Shown here in pieces: positions 48,544 to 61,791 of a stretch of DNA of 64,000 nucleotides. The notes beneath the pieces are model-generated. The model was not told where the DNA came from, did not search any database, and was given only the letters and a program-made list of their open reading frames with translations. Numbering within the stretch: the stretch's first letter is position 1; every line of letters begins with the position of its first letter. The DNA is from Mustelus asterias (Eukaryota), in assembly GCF_964213995.1 (NCBI RefSeq), contig NW_027590151.1, forward strand, positions 372,001-436,000, given 5' to 3'. Made by a program: the position numbers and the translations under genes.

Positions 48544-48615
48544 TCCTTGTTGGTCTAGTCGTTAGAATTCGCCGCCTTCAGTGCCATCGTCTGGGTTCAA
48601 TTCCCGGTCAGGGAA
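48544..48615 (+). pseudogene. tRNA-Glu(TTC) pseudogene
   Basis: tccttgttggtctagtcgttagaattcgccgccttcagtgcc..gggttcaattcccggtcagggaa. Confidence 0.7.
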
Positions 48616-49250
48616 TGATGATTCATTGCTCTCGTGTAACACATGAATTAAGGAGAGTGGGTATTACTTCCTGATCCAAAACGGGAGCGATACTTGTGGC
48701 AGGTTGAACAGCAGGGAGGAAAAATCTGCCCCAATCCACAATCCTGTCAATTACCCACAACAATTAATATTTACATTAAGAAGTCTCACAACACCGGATC
48801 GATTTGGAATCAAGAGCTTTTGGGGCGCTAATAAAATGAAGCAAATTTATTTTATTATCGGAGCAATTGAACGAGTTGGACTATAACATGATGTTGTGAG
48901 TCTTCTTATTGTGCCCATCCCAGTCCAACGTCCGTATCTCGACATCATATTTACATTGCAATTGCTGGCACCCCCTGTCAAAATGAGTGAGCTACCTTCT
49001 GCTGCATTAAATTTCACTGTAGCTCACCACATTCAAAGAGTAATGTTTGTTATAAACCTTATTGTAGTAAATCTGTTGAAACGATTCAGCTTATCACAGC
49101 TCCGCTTTCATCACACTGGAAGCTAATGTGAAAATATGAACAACTTCAAAGCTGAACAACGTGCACAAGATTGGAAGGTGAGTGCAACCGTGAGTAATTG
49201 GCACTGTGCATATTCCTGTACTCAGTTTCTGGGAGAATCAGGAAGATGAA

Positions 49251-49296
49251 ATTCTGGTGGTCCAGTGGTTAGGATTCGGCGCTTTCAGAGTCATAG
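49251..49296 (+). pseudogene. tRNA-Glu 5'-half relic (paralog 57765-57803)
   Basis: ttctggtggtccagtggttaggattcggcgctttca. Confidence 0.6.
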
Positions 49297-49750
49297 ATCG
49301 GCTTCGATATGCTAAGATTTAAAGTTTTTCATAATCCGTTCAACAAACCTGAATTGCTTCCTGATCGAAAACAGCTCTGTCAGAAGCAGTGCAGTTAGAT
49401 CTATAATTCTGTGTCTGAATTGGAAATGTCACACGGGCAACAGTTTAAGAATAAACACAGATAGTGAACGGCCGTGATAGGCTGCAAAGCGCTGCCAATA
49501 GAGACGGGGATACAAATCTGTATGACAATGGGGTAGATTTTATCGATTTGGTTGACACAAATATCTCCTCGACCTGGATCCAAATCTCAGCCAAATCACA
49601 AGAAAATATCTCGCTAACTTAAACACGAAGCTCTCCGACTTCACTCAGAAACCAGTAACTCTGAGACAAAGCGGGATGCAGTCTGACCACTCGATCCCCC
49701 TCCACACTTAATAAGAATATGCTGGATCCCGTGAACCAGCTTGCGACTGA

Positions 49751-49822
49751 GGGGGTGTAGCTCAGCGGTAGCGCATTTGACTGCAGATCAAGAGGTCCTC
49801 TGTTCAAATCCGAATGCACTCT
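49751..49822 (+). pseudogene. tRNA-Cys(GCA), probably a pseudogene
   Basis: Anticodon arm intact; acceptor, D and T stems mismatched. Confidence 0.75.
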
Positions 49823-50458
49823 TCCTTGTCGAGCTGATCCTTTTTTTTCAATTGGAACTGTCTTCCATTGGCTGCACAGCGCGTTGTGACGTCCAGCAAC
49901 CGGGAAAGGCGCGACATAAATACAAGTCGGTCTTTCATTAATTATCTTTAATCCCAATCCTTTGGTTACTGACCCTCGTCAGTGGAAACAGTGTGTCCCT
50001 ATCTGCTCTATCAAACAGCCCTTTTCCATGTGCACTATCTGCTCTAAATCTCAGGACTTTGCAATTATAAAAACAGCATTCTGGTGAAAGTTTAACTCAG
50101 TCCTCATTCCACTGATCTTTGCCGACTTGCTGTGTATTTTCCTTATTGAACACATTTCAGGTTGCGACAGACGGATTCCTGAGAAATCTGAGAAAGAAGG
50201 GGAGTGTGCAGGAAAATGGAAACCCAAGATAAAACATGGGTTAAAGTTTCGAGTTCAGTTATTAAGTTTAATAATATTTGAAATATATAAATTGTTACAA
50301 ATAAGATGTTGGAGATAAATGTTCAATAAACTAACGTCGGCTAACAGTAGAGGCAGAAACACACGATAAGTTTTTTTTTAGTGTTGCCCAAGGACTCAGT
50401 GACACTCAAAAACCGAGAGACAATGAAAGCAGATGGAGAGAAAAAAAAGTGAAAGCCC

Positions 50459-50532
50459 CGTCCCTAGATGGTCTCGAACCATCAACTTTTCGGTTAACAG
50501 CCGAACGCGCTAACCAATTGCGCCACAGACAC
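50459..50532 (-). tRNA. TRNAN-GUU: tRNA-Asn(GTT) with an acceptor-stem mismatch (possibly pseudo)
   Basis: gtgtctgtggcgcaattggttagcgcgttcggctgttaaccgaaaagttgatggttcgagaccatctagggacg. Confidence 0.75.
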
Positions 50533-51439
50533 TGACGAAAATGAAGCTTACATGGCATCCTAAATCAGGGTGACAGCGTGTTGGCTGCAAGTTAGACGCC
50601 AATTCAATTTTCACCAAACCTGACACAGAAAGACCAAATGATGGCATCGTTTACAAATCTAAACATGTATATTTTCTTATTTTACCCCACAGTGTTGTTG
50701 TGGTGTAATGGTTCATCCCTTCTAACATGGAAAACGGCCGTTTGATCGAGCAGGGAGGGACAGACTGTTCCCACTGACTGGGCTCAGTAACAGAGGACGA
50801 GGATTGAAGATCATGAAATATTTGCATTTATATAGAACCTATCCCGAACAGCGGACGTCACAAAGCACTTTCCAGTCAATGAAGGGCAGTACCTTAATTA
50901 ACATGTTTTACTTGTTTCCTTAAAGTTCTTGGTTATTTGAATAAAATAGCTTCTTATGGCTGATCTTGGGGTACAACTCAGTTTTTCACCAGCTCCCCAT
51001 ATCCCTGAATTCCCCGAGAGGCCAGAAACCTGTCTATCCCAACCTTAAATGTATTCGATGATGGAGCTTCCATAACTGTCTGGCATAGGGAATTTCAAAG
51101 ATTCACAACCATTTCAGTGAAGTAATTTCGCCTTATCTTAGGCCGAAATGATCAGCCCATTTTCCTGAGACTGTACTGCCGTGGGTTAGATTTCCCGAGA
51201 AGCAGAAGAAATCTCTCAGCCTCCACCCTGTCAAACCCAATCAGACTTGTGTAGGTTTAATGAAATCGCCTCTCATTCCTCCAAACTCCAGAGACTTTCA
51301 GCCCAATTCACTCAGCCTCGAAGGACATATCTTTTCGCTTTCCAAAGCCACACCCGATCTGAACCTCGACTTATCTCTTGTTTGACTTTTAGACTCCCTT
51401 CCCTTTTCCTACAGCTTCTATCAGCTAAACTTTGCCCGT

Positions 51440-51512
51440 AGGCTCCAGCGAGAATTGAACTCGCGACCCCTGGTTTACAAGACCAGTGCTCTAACCACTG
51501 AGCTATGGAGCC
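51440..51512 (-). tRNA. TRNAT-UGU: tRNA-Thr(TGT), intact
   Basis: ggctccatagctcagtggttagagcactggtcttgtaaaccaggggtcgcgagttcaattctcgctggagcct. Confidence 0.95.
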
Positions 51513-52466
51513 AAACGCTGCAAGGCGCTGCCACTAAGTGCAGCATTATCCGTGGATTGAGGACCAGGATGGGGTTTGAGGACGGAGATTTTTGATGAAT
51601 GTGGAAATGTCTGAGGTGGAGAGCCGGAAGTTAAAAGACAGAAGTTGAAAGTGACATGATTTGACATGTGTATTGTGTATGTACTTGACATGTATGTTGT
51701 GTGTGACATGTGGTTCTTCTTCAGAGTTTATCGTTAATGTTACATCTCTGATTTTTCCAGCTCTGATACAAGTTCATCCAGCTGGAAGATTTAGCTTGTT
51801 GTTCCCTTCACGGACGCTGTTTTTATTGAATGAAGAAATGAACAAAACTTTATTCACTCCGAGACTGGGAATTGAAACCGCGTCACGGCGCCGACGCTGA
51901 TCACTGGACCCTCAGTGACGCTGATGTGACAAATATGGAGTGAGTTGATCATCTCTGCACCCATTGCTTCATTTCCAATAACTTTCAATTAAAAAAAAGT
52001 CACAATGAGGAATGACGGGAAGCGCACATGATAGGATTTGAACCTCAGTTAGAAAATCCCAATCCATCCCCTGGGCCGGGACTGCAGTCTCAATGTTTGC
52101 AATCCTGCTGTTTATTTCGACAGACAGCCATTCAACCGGTGTTCCCGTTTGTATTCTCCATCGGAGCAGCTCCACTCCTCCCAGCTTTGACAAAGTGTCA
52201 TCTGGTCTCGAAATGTCAGCTTTCTTCACTCCTTACAGATGCTGCCAGACCTGGTGAGATTTTCCAGCATTTTCTCTTTTTGTTTCCGATTCCAGAATCC
52301 ACGATAATTTGCTCCAGTCCTTCCACACTCGTTCCTTTACCTCAACACCTGTTTACATTGCTCTGTCGCTCCTCTTTCTTCATGCCAAAAACGACACGGC
52401 ACAAACTCTTGCATTCAATCTGAAATGCTGGACTTCAACTGCAGGGACCAAAACTCAAACCCATTC

Positions 52467-52548
52467 TGGCAGTGGCTGCAGTCGAACACAACAACTCCGT
52501 AGAGACTGGACCTTCAGCCACTGGCTTAGATTACTCGGCTACGTTACC
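52467..52548 (-). pseudogene. tRNA-Leu pseudogene (paralog of 41074-41155)
   Basis: Same length and flanks, heavily substituted. Confidence 0.7.
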
Positions 52549-55449
52549 ACGTAAGCAGCTGTGTCCTTTACTTGTATCGTTATTGAAATTAGCAGCAATG
52601 GAGCTGCGACAGTCCATCAGTCGGCTTGAGCCTGCTCCTTTACTGAATCAATTGATCCTGAACTCTGTAACAAGCAGGAATCACATCCAGTCAGAAACAG
52701 AATGAGCTGCAGTGAAGGACCAGCATCATTTAAACTGCCCTTAACCTTGTCTGGTTCCCACTATCCTGCCAGAAATGACAAGAAAAAACCTCCTGTTGAA
52801 TTTGCTCAGTCTTCACTTCAGGACATGAGGCGAGATTGTGTTTTATATGTTCCACAAGGCAATAACTGACTTTTGTTTTTACGGTTCGGATGAGAGCAAC
52901 AAATGTCCATTACCTGACCACCAATCCAAACAGCAGTGAAAGTGTCAAACTCTGACCACCAGACCAGCTGCTTTTCGCCTGTTTTACAACTTGCTTTACA
53001 CACACTGCATGTATTGCTTTATTTTTCGCGCCAGGCCAGACTACATTCACCACAAGCAAGTCTCTGTTGCAATATGGCACCTTCTGTTTCCATCCCAGTG
53101 ATACATTCAATCAGTGACAACATACAACAAACATTCCACGTACAGTTATTAATTCCACTTTCGACTGTTTGAAACGAGAGAGAACCTTTTCCAAATATTT
53201 TCGTCGCAGAGTGAGGGGAAAGGTGAATAATTCAGTGTGAACGCCAAAATCTGACCTTTTTACCATCCAAATGTTACCTTCCATCACCATCTCAATTGTC
53301 AGCGCTTTGCAGACTATCACTATCTTTCTGCTACTGTGTTTGTTCTTGACTGTTGCACATGTGACATTTCCAGCTGTGATGTAGACTTGCAAAACTCACT
53401 CGGCTCATATTAGTAGATCTGCTTTCGATCAGATAGTCAATCAGGTTATTTTTTAATAGTTTGCTGAGACCTATAAATGATCGTTTCCTGAGCGGGAATT
53501 GAAAACAAACAACACTGGGGAGTACTGAATACAACCCACTGGACTCCCAGGGTCACGGGTGAACTGTGTTTTTCAAAATGACTTACCATATATCCCTTAA
53601 TGTGCCCAGTTTGGGTGGAACATAAGTGACTGCTTCAGCGAATGACAACACCAATTGTGCTTGCTGGGACATGAAATCGACAGTGAGGTGAAATAGTCCC
53701 ACAATATGCTGAAGTGATCGTGGTATATAAAATTCTAAATAGGATTGAAGAAAGTAAAATCTTTTTTCTTATGCGCAATCGGGAACACCATGTCAAATGT
53801 ATAGGTTGAGAGGTGGTAGATTTAAAACTGAGATGAGGAGGAACTGCTTCTCACTGAGGGTCATGAATTTGTGGAATGCATTGCCCCATAGCACGGTTGA
53901 GTCTGAATCATTAAATGACTTCAAGAAAGAGACAGATATATTCCTGATAAGTCAAGGGATGAGGGGATATTGGAACAGGTAGGGAGGTCGATTTGAGAAC
54001 AGGGAGAGATCAATCATGAACTGATTGCATGACGGTTCAGGCTCGAAGGGGTGAATTTGCCCACTTCTGCTCCTAATTCTATGTTCCTAAGTGTAAATTT
54101 CAATTTTCAAAACCCACCAACTCATCACTGTGGCTCCAATGTAATCTACGTACATTACATCCACAGGTTCCCCTTCATCCTCACCACAACTGCGTCCTGT
54201 AAGGGACTGAGGAATGGCCCCATTCTGTGGTTTAATTACTTTAAAATTCTTTGTTTCCCTCATTTAATCTCTCCTGATTTACACCCGCAAGAGGCCTCCA
54301 ACCCTCTTGTTATGCTGCTGGATAACACTTGTTTAAAACTTCTTACATTTCTAGAAATTCCCAGTTCTTCCCAATGAAAGGTTATGGTGCTAAAATATAA
54401 GATGTGTTTTCCTGTGCACACAAGCTGTCTGGCTTTCTGAATTTTTCCAGCATTTTCACCTTTCACTGCAGAAGTCTGAGCAGCTTTGGATGTCAATGGA
54501 AATATTTTTATTGAACAACATCCTCAGCAGCGGCTCGTTGGACGAGGGGTATTACTCGGGCCTGGGGAGTAAACAACCACAAACGTGTGAGCGATCTCGG
54601 GTTCACAAGTCGGGCTAGATCCCTCAATCAGCTGTTGTTTCGTATTGGACAAGTCATAGGTTTTATAAATGTATTTGCAGTGCAAACGTTGGGATTGGTT
54701 TAGGTGGGATTTGGTTTGAGAACCTGATCACACAGTGCAGGCAATCTATCAACACAACACTCACACAAGAAAATCAATACATTAAAAGGTTAATATGCTT
54801 GTGGCCATTCACTTTATCTCTGGTCACCAGTTTAGAGGACCCCATGTTTGTTGGTTGAGACAGCTGGCTGTGTGTCTATTGTTATTCATTCGTGGGTTGT
54901 GGATGTGTACCGCACTCGCTATTTCTGGTTTTCATTGTCTCTATATATCTCCCTCAGACTCTCTGTCTATGTTTTTGTTACGTTGACATCTTTTGCTCCT
55001 TGCTCTGTCCATTATTTAGCTGTCTGTGTGTAACCGAGGTTCACTGGATTGATTTCTCCGTTTCTCCTGGGAGGAGAGAATCAGTGGGATGAGTCTGTTC
55101 GCTCTGGAGTTTAGAATTATCAGAGTTGATCTTACTGAAAAGTCGGAAACTGGGAAACAGTTTAACAGTGTAAATGTTGAGTTCCCCCCACCCCTGGCTA
55201 AATTATTAAGAACAAAGAATAATAAGGTGAATGATGTAAGAGGAGTTTGGAATATTTGGGAGAGGTGAAGCTAAGAATTGGAAGATGTGAATAATGTAAT
55301 TAATGATTGAGAGGAGTGGATAGGAACTTTGGGGATTCTGTCGGTGGATTCATTGTAAACTTTGAAATCAGAACAAGCTGACACACCAGATGAAAAATCC
55401 ATAGTTGTCTCCATGCATTTTAGGTTATGGAAATGATTTGAATGCATGT

Positions 55450-55522
55450 GCCCGGCTAGCTCAGTCGGTAGAGCATGAGACTCTTAAACTCAAGGTCGTG
55501 GGTTCGAGCCCCACGTTGGGCG
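55450..55522 (+). tRNA. TRNAK-CUU: tRNA-Lys(CTT), near-canonical (one anticodon-stem mismatch)
   Basis: gcccggctagctcagtcggtagagcatgagactcttaaactcaaggtcgtgggttcgagccccacgttgggcg. Confidence 0.85.
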
Positions 55523-57057
55523 ACATTGGTTTCAAACTTTGCCTCATTCCTGGGTGAATTCACGATCTCCGTTCCTCCAGAAGTGTCACCGCTTAAACTG
55601 AGTCTTTCTGCTTTCTGCGTTGTTTATCTCACAGTTGTGGGTTTGTGACTGAAAACTGCCTCCGGTTCACTGGGAGGCGGGGAGTTTAGTGCTGAACTCC
55701 GAGCGAGGTTTTGTTCTCATTTATTATGAGATTCAAACCCAGATCTGCGAGATTGTCAGTGGGAACAATAATCATCTCCATTGTAATTCAATCACGATCC
55801 ATCCGATCAAAATACCGTTTGTTCTTTCCTCCTCTCCCTCTCTATTTTCCTTGACTCTGTACTTGTTTGAAAATCATTAAATCACTACTTTTTTCCAGTT
55901 AGGGTCAAAGGTCAGCAACCTGAATCATTCACTCTCTTTCCCTCTCCACAGAAGCTCTTGAAGCCGATGAGTCCTTCCAACATTTTCTGTTTTGAGGTGG
56001 GATACGGAGCAACTACAAAACCTAGGTTTGGATCACAGTGGTTCACTTTTCTCTGACTGAATCTTACCTGTTTGAACTGTTGAAAGGTTGAGGTTTGAAA
56101 TAATAAGACACTGGAATATATCACCCTGTTTCACATGAAATGAAACAAAATGAGAATTAATCATTTCATAAAATGCTGCTAATGCAATATATATTTTGTT
56201 GTCAATGCCAGCATTTGTTTTCCATCCCTATTTCCCTCTGAACTGGGTATTTTGGGCCATTTCAGAGGGCAGTTAAGAGTCAATCACATTGCCTTTCCTC
56301 TGGAGTCCCATGGAGGCCAGAAAGGAGAAGGATGGCAGATTTCCTTCTGCAAGATGTGTTTTCATGACAATCAGAAAACAAAGCTTCATTACGGAGACTA
56401 GCTTTCAATTCCGTTTCAGTTCTAGACTGCGGTGGGATCGTGACCTGTGAGACTGGGCCACGGGATTCATACTCCACTGATTTTACCACTATGTCACCAT
56501 CTTCCCGGAAGAGTGTAAGTTTAAATGCTTCACATGGAATCAAACTACTTAATTTCACATTGAAAGCAAACATTTAAAGCAGTGTACTGTGGAAATCAGT
56601 GTCGTACACTCAGGATACCGGGGAATTGACGCGATATCTATTGCTTTCATTCAAAGACAGAAAAATGTGGTGAATCCTCAGCGTGAGTGATGAAGCTGTG
56701 CTCCGAAAGCTCGTGATTTCAAACAAACCTGTTGCACTTTAACTTGGTGTTGTGCGAATTCTTACCGGGTACTGAAGGGCATTTCATTTGCAATTCGCAA
56801 AAAGATTATTTTTATAAAATTAACAGCTTTCAGCAAACCGCACCGCAATCACATTGCGGACGATGCAGTGAGTTACTCTCCTGGCCTCATTGCATCAGCT
56901 CCAGAGGACGATTGCTCAAGAACACAAAAAGCTCAGCGATAACGAGGTCGGTGGCTTCATTCATCAGGGATTACCTGAGAGCACGTGACCTTTCTCCCAA
57001 ATCACACACGCACACACACGCCCACAATTGCTCAATAATGCTCAGGTCACTTCAATT

Positions 57058-57129
57058 TCCGTGTTGGTTTCGTCGCTAGAATTCGCTGCTTTCACTGCCA
57101 CGGTTTGGGTTCGATTCGCGGGTAGGGAA
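57058..57129 (+). pseudogene. tRNA-Glu(TTC) pseudogene
   Basis: Paralog of 48544-48615. Confidence 0.6.
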
Positions 57130-58269
57130 TGATGATTCATTGCTCTCGTGCAACACATGAATTAAGGAGAGTGGATGATGCTTCCTGGTCGAAAACGGGA
57201 GAGATACTTGTGGCAGGTTGAACAGGAAGAAGGAAAAATCTGCCCCATTCCACAATCCTGTCCATTACCCACAACAATTCATATTTACATTAGGAAGTCT
57301 TACAACACCAGGTCTATTTGGATTCAGGAGCTTTCGGGGCGCTGATCAAATAAAGCAAATTGATTTTATTATCGAAGCAAATGAACGTGTTGGACTTTAA
57401 CATGATGCTGTGAGACTTCTTATTGTGCCCACCCCAGTCCAACGCCGGTATCTCGACATCATATTGACATTGCAATTGCTGGTACCAACTATCAGAATGA
57501 GTGACTTACCTTCTACTGCATTAAATTTCACTGTAGCTCACCACATTCAAAGAGTAATGTTTGTTATAAACCTTATTGTGGTAAATCTGTTGAAAAACTT
57601 CAGCTCATCACTGATCTGCCTTCATCACACTGGAAGCTAATGTGAAAAGATGAATACTTTCAAAGCTGAACAACGTGTACAAGACTGGAAGGAGAATGCG
57701 ACTGTGAATAATTGGTACTGTGGAATTCCTGTATTCAGTCTATGGGAGAACCAGGAGAATGAAATCCTCGTGGTCCAGTGCTTCGGATTTGGCGCTTTCA
57801 GGGTCATTGATCGGCTTCAATATGCTAAGATTTAAAGTTTTTGATAATCCATGTAAGAGACCTGAGTTGTTTCCTGATCGAAAACAGCTCTGTCAGAAGC
57901 AGTGGAGTTAGATCTTTATTTGTGTCCGAATTGGAAATGTCACATGGGCAACAGTTCAAGAACAAACACAGATTGTGAAGGACAGTGGTAGGCTGCAAAG
58001 CGCTGCCAATAGAGATGGGGATACAAGTTCAAATCTGCATGACAAATGGGGTTGATATTATCGGTTAGATTGACACAAACATCTCCTAGTCCTGGATCCA
58101 AATCTCAGCCAAATCACAAGAAAACATCTCGCTAACTTAAACGCTGAGCTCTCCGACTTCACTCAGAAACCAGTAACTCTGAGACAAAGCGTGATGCAGT
58201 CTGACCACTGGAACCCCCTCCACCACTTAATAAGACTATGCTGGATCCCGAGCATCAGTCCACAGCTGA

Positions 58270-58341
58270 GGGGGTGTAGCTCAGTGGTAGAGCATTTGAC
58301 TGCAGATTAAACGGCCCTCGGTTCAAATCCGAGTGCCCCCT
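58270..58341 (+). tRNA. TRNAC-GCA: tRNA-Cys(GCA) variant, folds fully with G-U pairs
   Basis: gggggtgtagctcagtggtagagcatttgactgcagattaaacggccctcggttcaaatccgagtgccccct. Confidence 0.85.
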
Positions 58342-58535
58342 TCCTTGTCTTTGTTTCAATTGTGGTTGTCTTTCTTTGGCTGCAAAGCGCATTGTGACGT
58401 CCACCAACCGGGAAAGGCGTCGCATAAATACAATTCGGTCTTTCATAAATTACCTTCAGTCCCAATTTTTTGTTACTGACAATCGTCAATAGAAACAGTT
58501 TGTCCCTTTCTGCTCTATCAAACGGCCCTTTCCCA

Positions 58536-58914
58536 TGTTGGGAGAAGCGGGAAACCCCTAAATCGCTGCAACACTGTGGGGGGTAAAGTAGTCAAAGGGG
58601 TTTGCATAGTATTGTAAACGATGTGGTCATGTTGCAGTTCTCGACTATGTTTTTAAAAAAGAGAATTGGGGTTGGATATATAACAGCACTTGCTGACACC
58701 CTAATATAGTGTGTCTTCGTCTTAATTGCGGAATTCGTTATTGCGTTCGACTTTAAGCAAATGTTTGGTGGCTCAGTACCATCCAGAGGCGGTGGTTGTA
58801 CTTTCATTTTCCCCATAAGCATTCACTGTCGCGCAGTTCCGGCTTGTGAACAGAGGCAACAATAAAAATATTTCTCAAGTGTTGCCGCTCGACTGTTGTC
58901 AGGTGTTGTCAACA
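58536..58914 (+). mobile_element. Possible solo LTR
   Basis: TGTTG...CAACA termini, TATA-like near 58677, AATAAA at 58861; no TSD. Confidence 0.3.
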
Positions 58915-59870
58915 TTATTTATTTAATGAATATTCATATCATCCATATCACATGGTATAATATATATTCATTTCAAAAATGCAATTAAAGTTAAGAACTA
59001 GAGCCTTGGCTGGATGTGTTTGTGTGTCAGTTCTCCGATGAGTCCTCATCTGAGACTGGGAAACAATCTCTCAGTATTCTGTAGGTTCAATAAAATTGTC
59101 TCTCAGTCTTCTAAACTCCAGGGAATTTCAGCCCAATTTACACAGCCTCTCATCCCAGGAGAACTCTCTCATCACAGGAACCTACCCAGTGGACCGTCTC
59201 CATTGGAAGGATAGCCTTCTTCTAAAATAAAAAGCATTGTGGATATCAGAACTGCACCGAATATTTCACACTTGCTCCCAACAAAACCCTGTATAAATGT
59301 AAATTGGTGTTTTTATTCTTATACAGCAATCTGTTGGCAATAAAAACCAAAATGCGATTCCCTTCCTATTGTTTGCTGCACTACCATGCTATCTTCCTGC
59401 GTTCCTTGTACAAACACACCCAAATCTCTCAAGACAAACGCTTATATTAGGAAAGACGATGGCCTGGTGATTTTATCGCGAGATTATTTATCCAGAAACT
59501 CATCCAATTTTATGGGGCCCCGCTTTTGAATCCTGCCACGGCACGTTGTAGAATTGTTTTTCAATAAAAACTATCTGGAATTAAGAATCTACTGATGACC
59601 ATGAAACCATTGTCGATTGTCGGAAAAACAAACATTGAGTTCGGTAATGTGCTTTAGGGAAAGAAACCTGCCGTCCCTTATCCGGCCTGGCCTACACTGA
59701 CTCCAGAGCTGCAGCAAAGTGTTTGATCCTAACTGTCCCAGGGCAACCAGGATGGGCAATAAATGCTGGCCGGCAGCGACACCCATTTCTAATCAATTAA
59801 AAAAGAACTAGGTCATCTTTACAAACATTGTCTGCTCTTTCTCCGTTTATGAACAAGATAAGATCTTTCT

Positions 59871-60165
59871 GGGCAACATGGTGGCACTGATGCCTCACAG
59901 CGCCAGGGGCCCGGTTTCAATTCCCGGCATTGGTTACTGTCTGTGCAGAGTCTGCATGCTTTCCCCGTGTTGCGTGGGTTTCCTGCGGGTGCCCCTTCTT
60001 ATTCCCACAGAGTGAAAGATGTGATGGTTAGGTCCATTGGCCATGCTAAATTAGCTGTCAATTAACCGAGAAGGTGCCGGTTCTGCCGATGACGTAATTG
60101 TCACAGAAACTTCATTGCGGTGTTAAAGTAAGCTTAATTGTGGCACTAATAAATAAACTTTAAAC
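59871..60165 (+). mobile_element. HE1-like SINE
   Basis: gcctcacagcgccaggggcccggtttcaattcccggc..; appears to truncate the tRNA-Thr paralog. Confidence 0.8.
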
Positions 60166-60169
60166 TGTC

Positions 60170-60199
60170 CAACTGATGCAACCAATGAGCTATGGAGCC
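60170..60199 (-). pseudogene. tRNA-Thr 5' relic (paralog of 51440-51512)
   Basis: aaccaatgagctatggagcc plus homologous flank 60200-60540 vs 51513-51860. Confidence 0.6.
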
Positions 60200-61119
60200 A
60201 ATTCCTGCGCCCAGCGTGGAGTTCGTGTATCATCATCAGTGGAGCGAAGAAGAGATTGAATTTTCAGGTGGGTGATATTTGATGGAAGTGGAAATATCCG
60301 AGGTGGAGAACAAGGAGTCAATCGATGAGACTTGAAAGAGGAAGAATTTGACATGTGTGTCAGTTGTTTTTGTGATAAATGTCTGCCGTGTCATTCTTCT
60401 TCAGAGTTTGTTATTGTTACATCTCTGATTTTTCCGGCTCTAATACAATTCATACAGCTGAAGATTGATCTTGTTTCTCCCTTAACAGACACTGTGAGGC
60501 GTGCTTTCGTTTAATGAAGAGTTAAATAAGAAGTTATTCGCTACTTGCCTGGTACTCCAACGTGGAACATGGCAATGAAACCTGACCACGGCATGCCAGG
60601 AAAGCTAATATTAGAGATTTGAAATTCTTTGATAACCATCTCTGTCTCCACCGCTTCATTTCAAGTCACTTTCGCTACTGACATTGTCACACAGTCATTC
60701 TAACATCTTATGACCAACTGAAGCAAATTATGCCTTCTTCCTTTTTGTTCAGGTACTTTCATCTCCAGAAATTCAGTCCGTGCTGAGCAAAGTGCTCTGT
60801 TTAGTTAACAGTTTATCATCACTTCCGGGCCATAGCTATGGAAACATTGACTCTGAACCACTAGACCACCCAGGCTCCACCATCACTTCCTCGATGTTGT
60901 CTTTTCCACCATTCATGGTGTCATGTAATCCATCCTGCTTTGTGCCCTATCACAAAAATCCTTTTTTTTTTCCCTTTCGCTCAGTGATTCCTCACTTTAC
61001 AATCAGAAAATACTGGCAATACTCAGTCGGTCAGTTCATGTTTAGTGACAAACGCGCAAATAATTCCAGTAGTCGAATCCCTCTGAAATTATAAGCTTTT
61101 GTTTTTTTTTGTGAAGGCA

Positions 61120-61320
61120 AAATACTGCGGATGATGGAACCTGAAACAAAAATAGAAAAATGCTGGAAAATCTTAGCAGGTCTGACAGCAGCTGTCGAGA
61201 GAGAATAGAGCCATCGTTTCGAGTCCGGAGCTCTGACGAAGGGTCATCCAGACTTGAAAGTTTGGCTCTTTCCTCTCTCCACAGATGCTGTCATGTCTCT
61301 TTCGACCTTCCAACCTTTTC
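61120..61320. mobile_element. Inverted-repeat Penelope-derived element with hammerhead-like core (second family; related at about 5250-5345, 25800-25990, 52185-52300)
   Basis: gagagaatagagcca..tttcgagtc / ctgacgaagggtcatccagacttgaaag..tggctct..ctctc. Confidence 0.55.
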
Positions 61321-61335
61321 TGTTTATGATGAAAG

Positions 61336-61407
61336 TATTTCTGCCGCGATCAAACCAGGGATCTTTCGTGTGTAAGGCGAATGTGACAACCACTACACCA
61401 CAGAAAC
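61336..61407 (-). pseudogene. tRNA-Val(TAC) pseudogene
   Basis: gtttctgtggtgtagtggttgtcacattcgccttacacacgaaagatccctggtttgatcgcggcagaaata; T-arm damaged. Confidence 0.7.
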
Positions 61408-61583
61408 ATTGCGATGCAATGATTCAAGGAAACTGGTTCCACAAACCCATCAATTGCAAACAATAATTTGCAATTGCGTTCCATTGGAATTTGTGTGATA
61501 ACAAAGGTATTTCATAAAGTTAAGGAACTGGACATATAGCGGTGATGAGATTCGATCACTCGCTTCAACTACTATCACTGCCC

Positions 61584-61791
61584 AGTCAGTTCTCTCACAG
61601 CACCAGGTTAAAGTCCAACAGGTTTATTTGGTAGCACGAACTTTCGGAGCACTGTCCGAATCAGGTGACTCACGTGATGAGGGGGCGTGCTCCGAAAGCT
61701 TGTGCTACCAAATAAACCTGTTGGACTTTAACCTGGTGCTGTGAGATTATTTACTGTGCCTACCCCAGTCCAGCGCCGGAAACTCCACATC
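61584..61791. mobile_element. Hairpin element made of two inverted Penelope pseudo-LTRs
   Basis: Near-perfect arms about 61593-61650 / 61687-61746; flanked by atcactgccc / attactgccc. Confidence 0.75.

Larger units (their letters stand above)
44470..50030 (+). repeat. Segmental duplication unit A (tRNA Glu-Lys-Glu-Glu-Cys block); paralog 52950-58537
   Basis: Colinear similarity throughout; ORF-track peptides recur (e.g. 48704 vs 57218, 48896 vs 57410). Confidence 0.9.
52950..58537 (+). repeat. Segmental duplication unit B
   Basis: Paralog of 44470-50030; 52380-53230 also matches 41000-41820. Confidence 0.9.
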
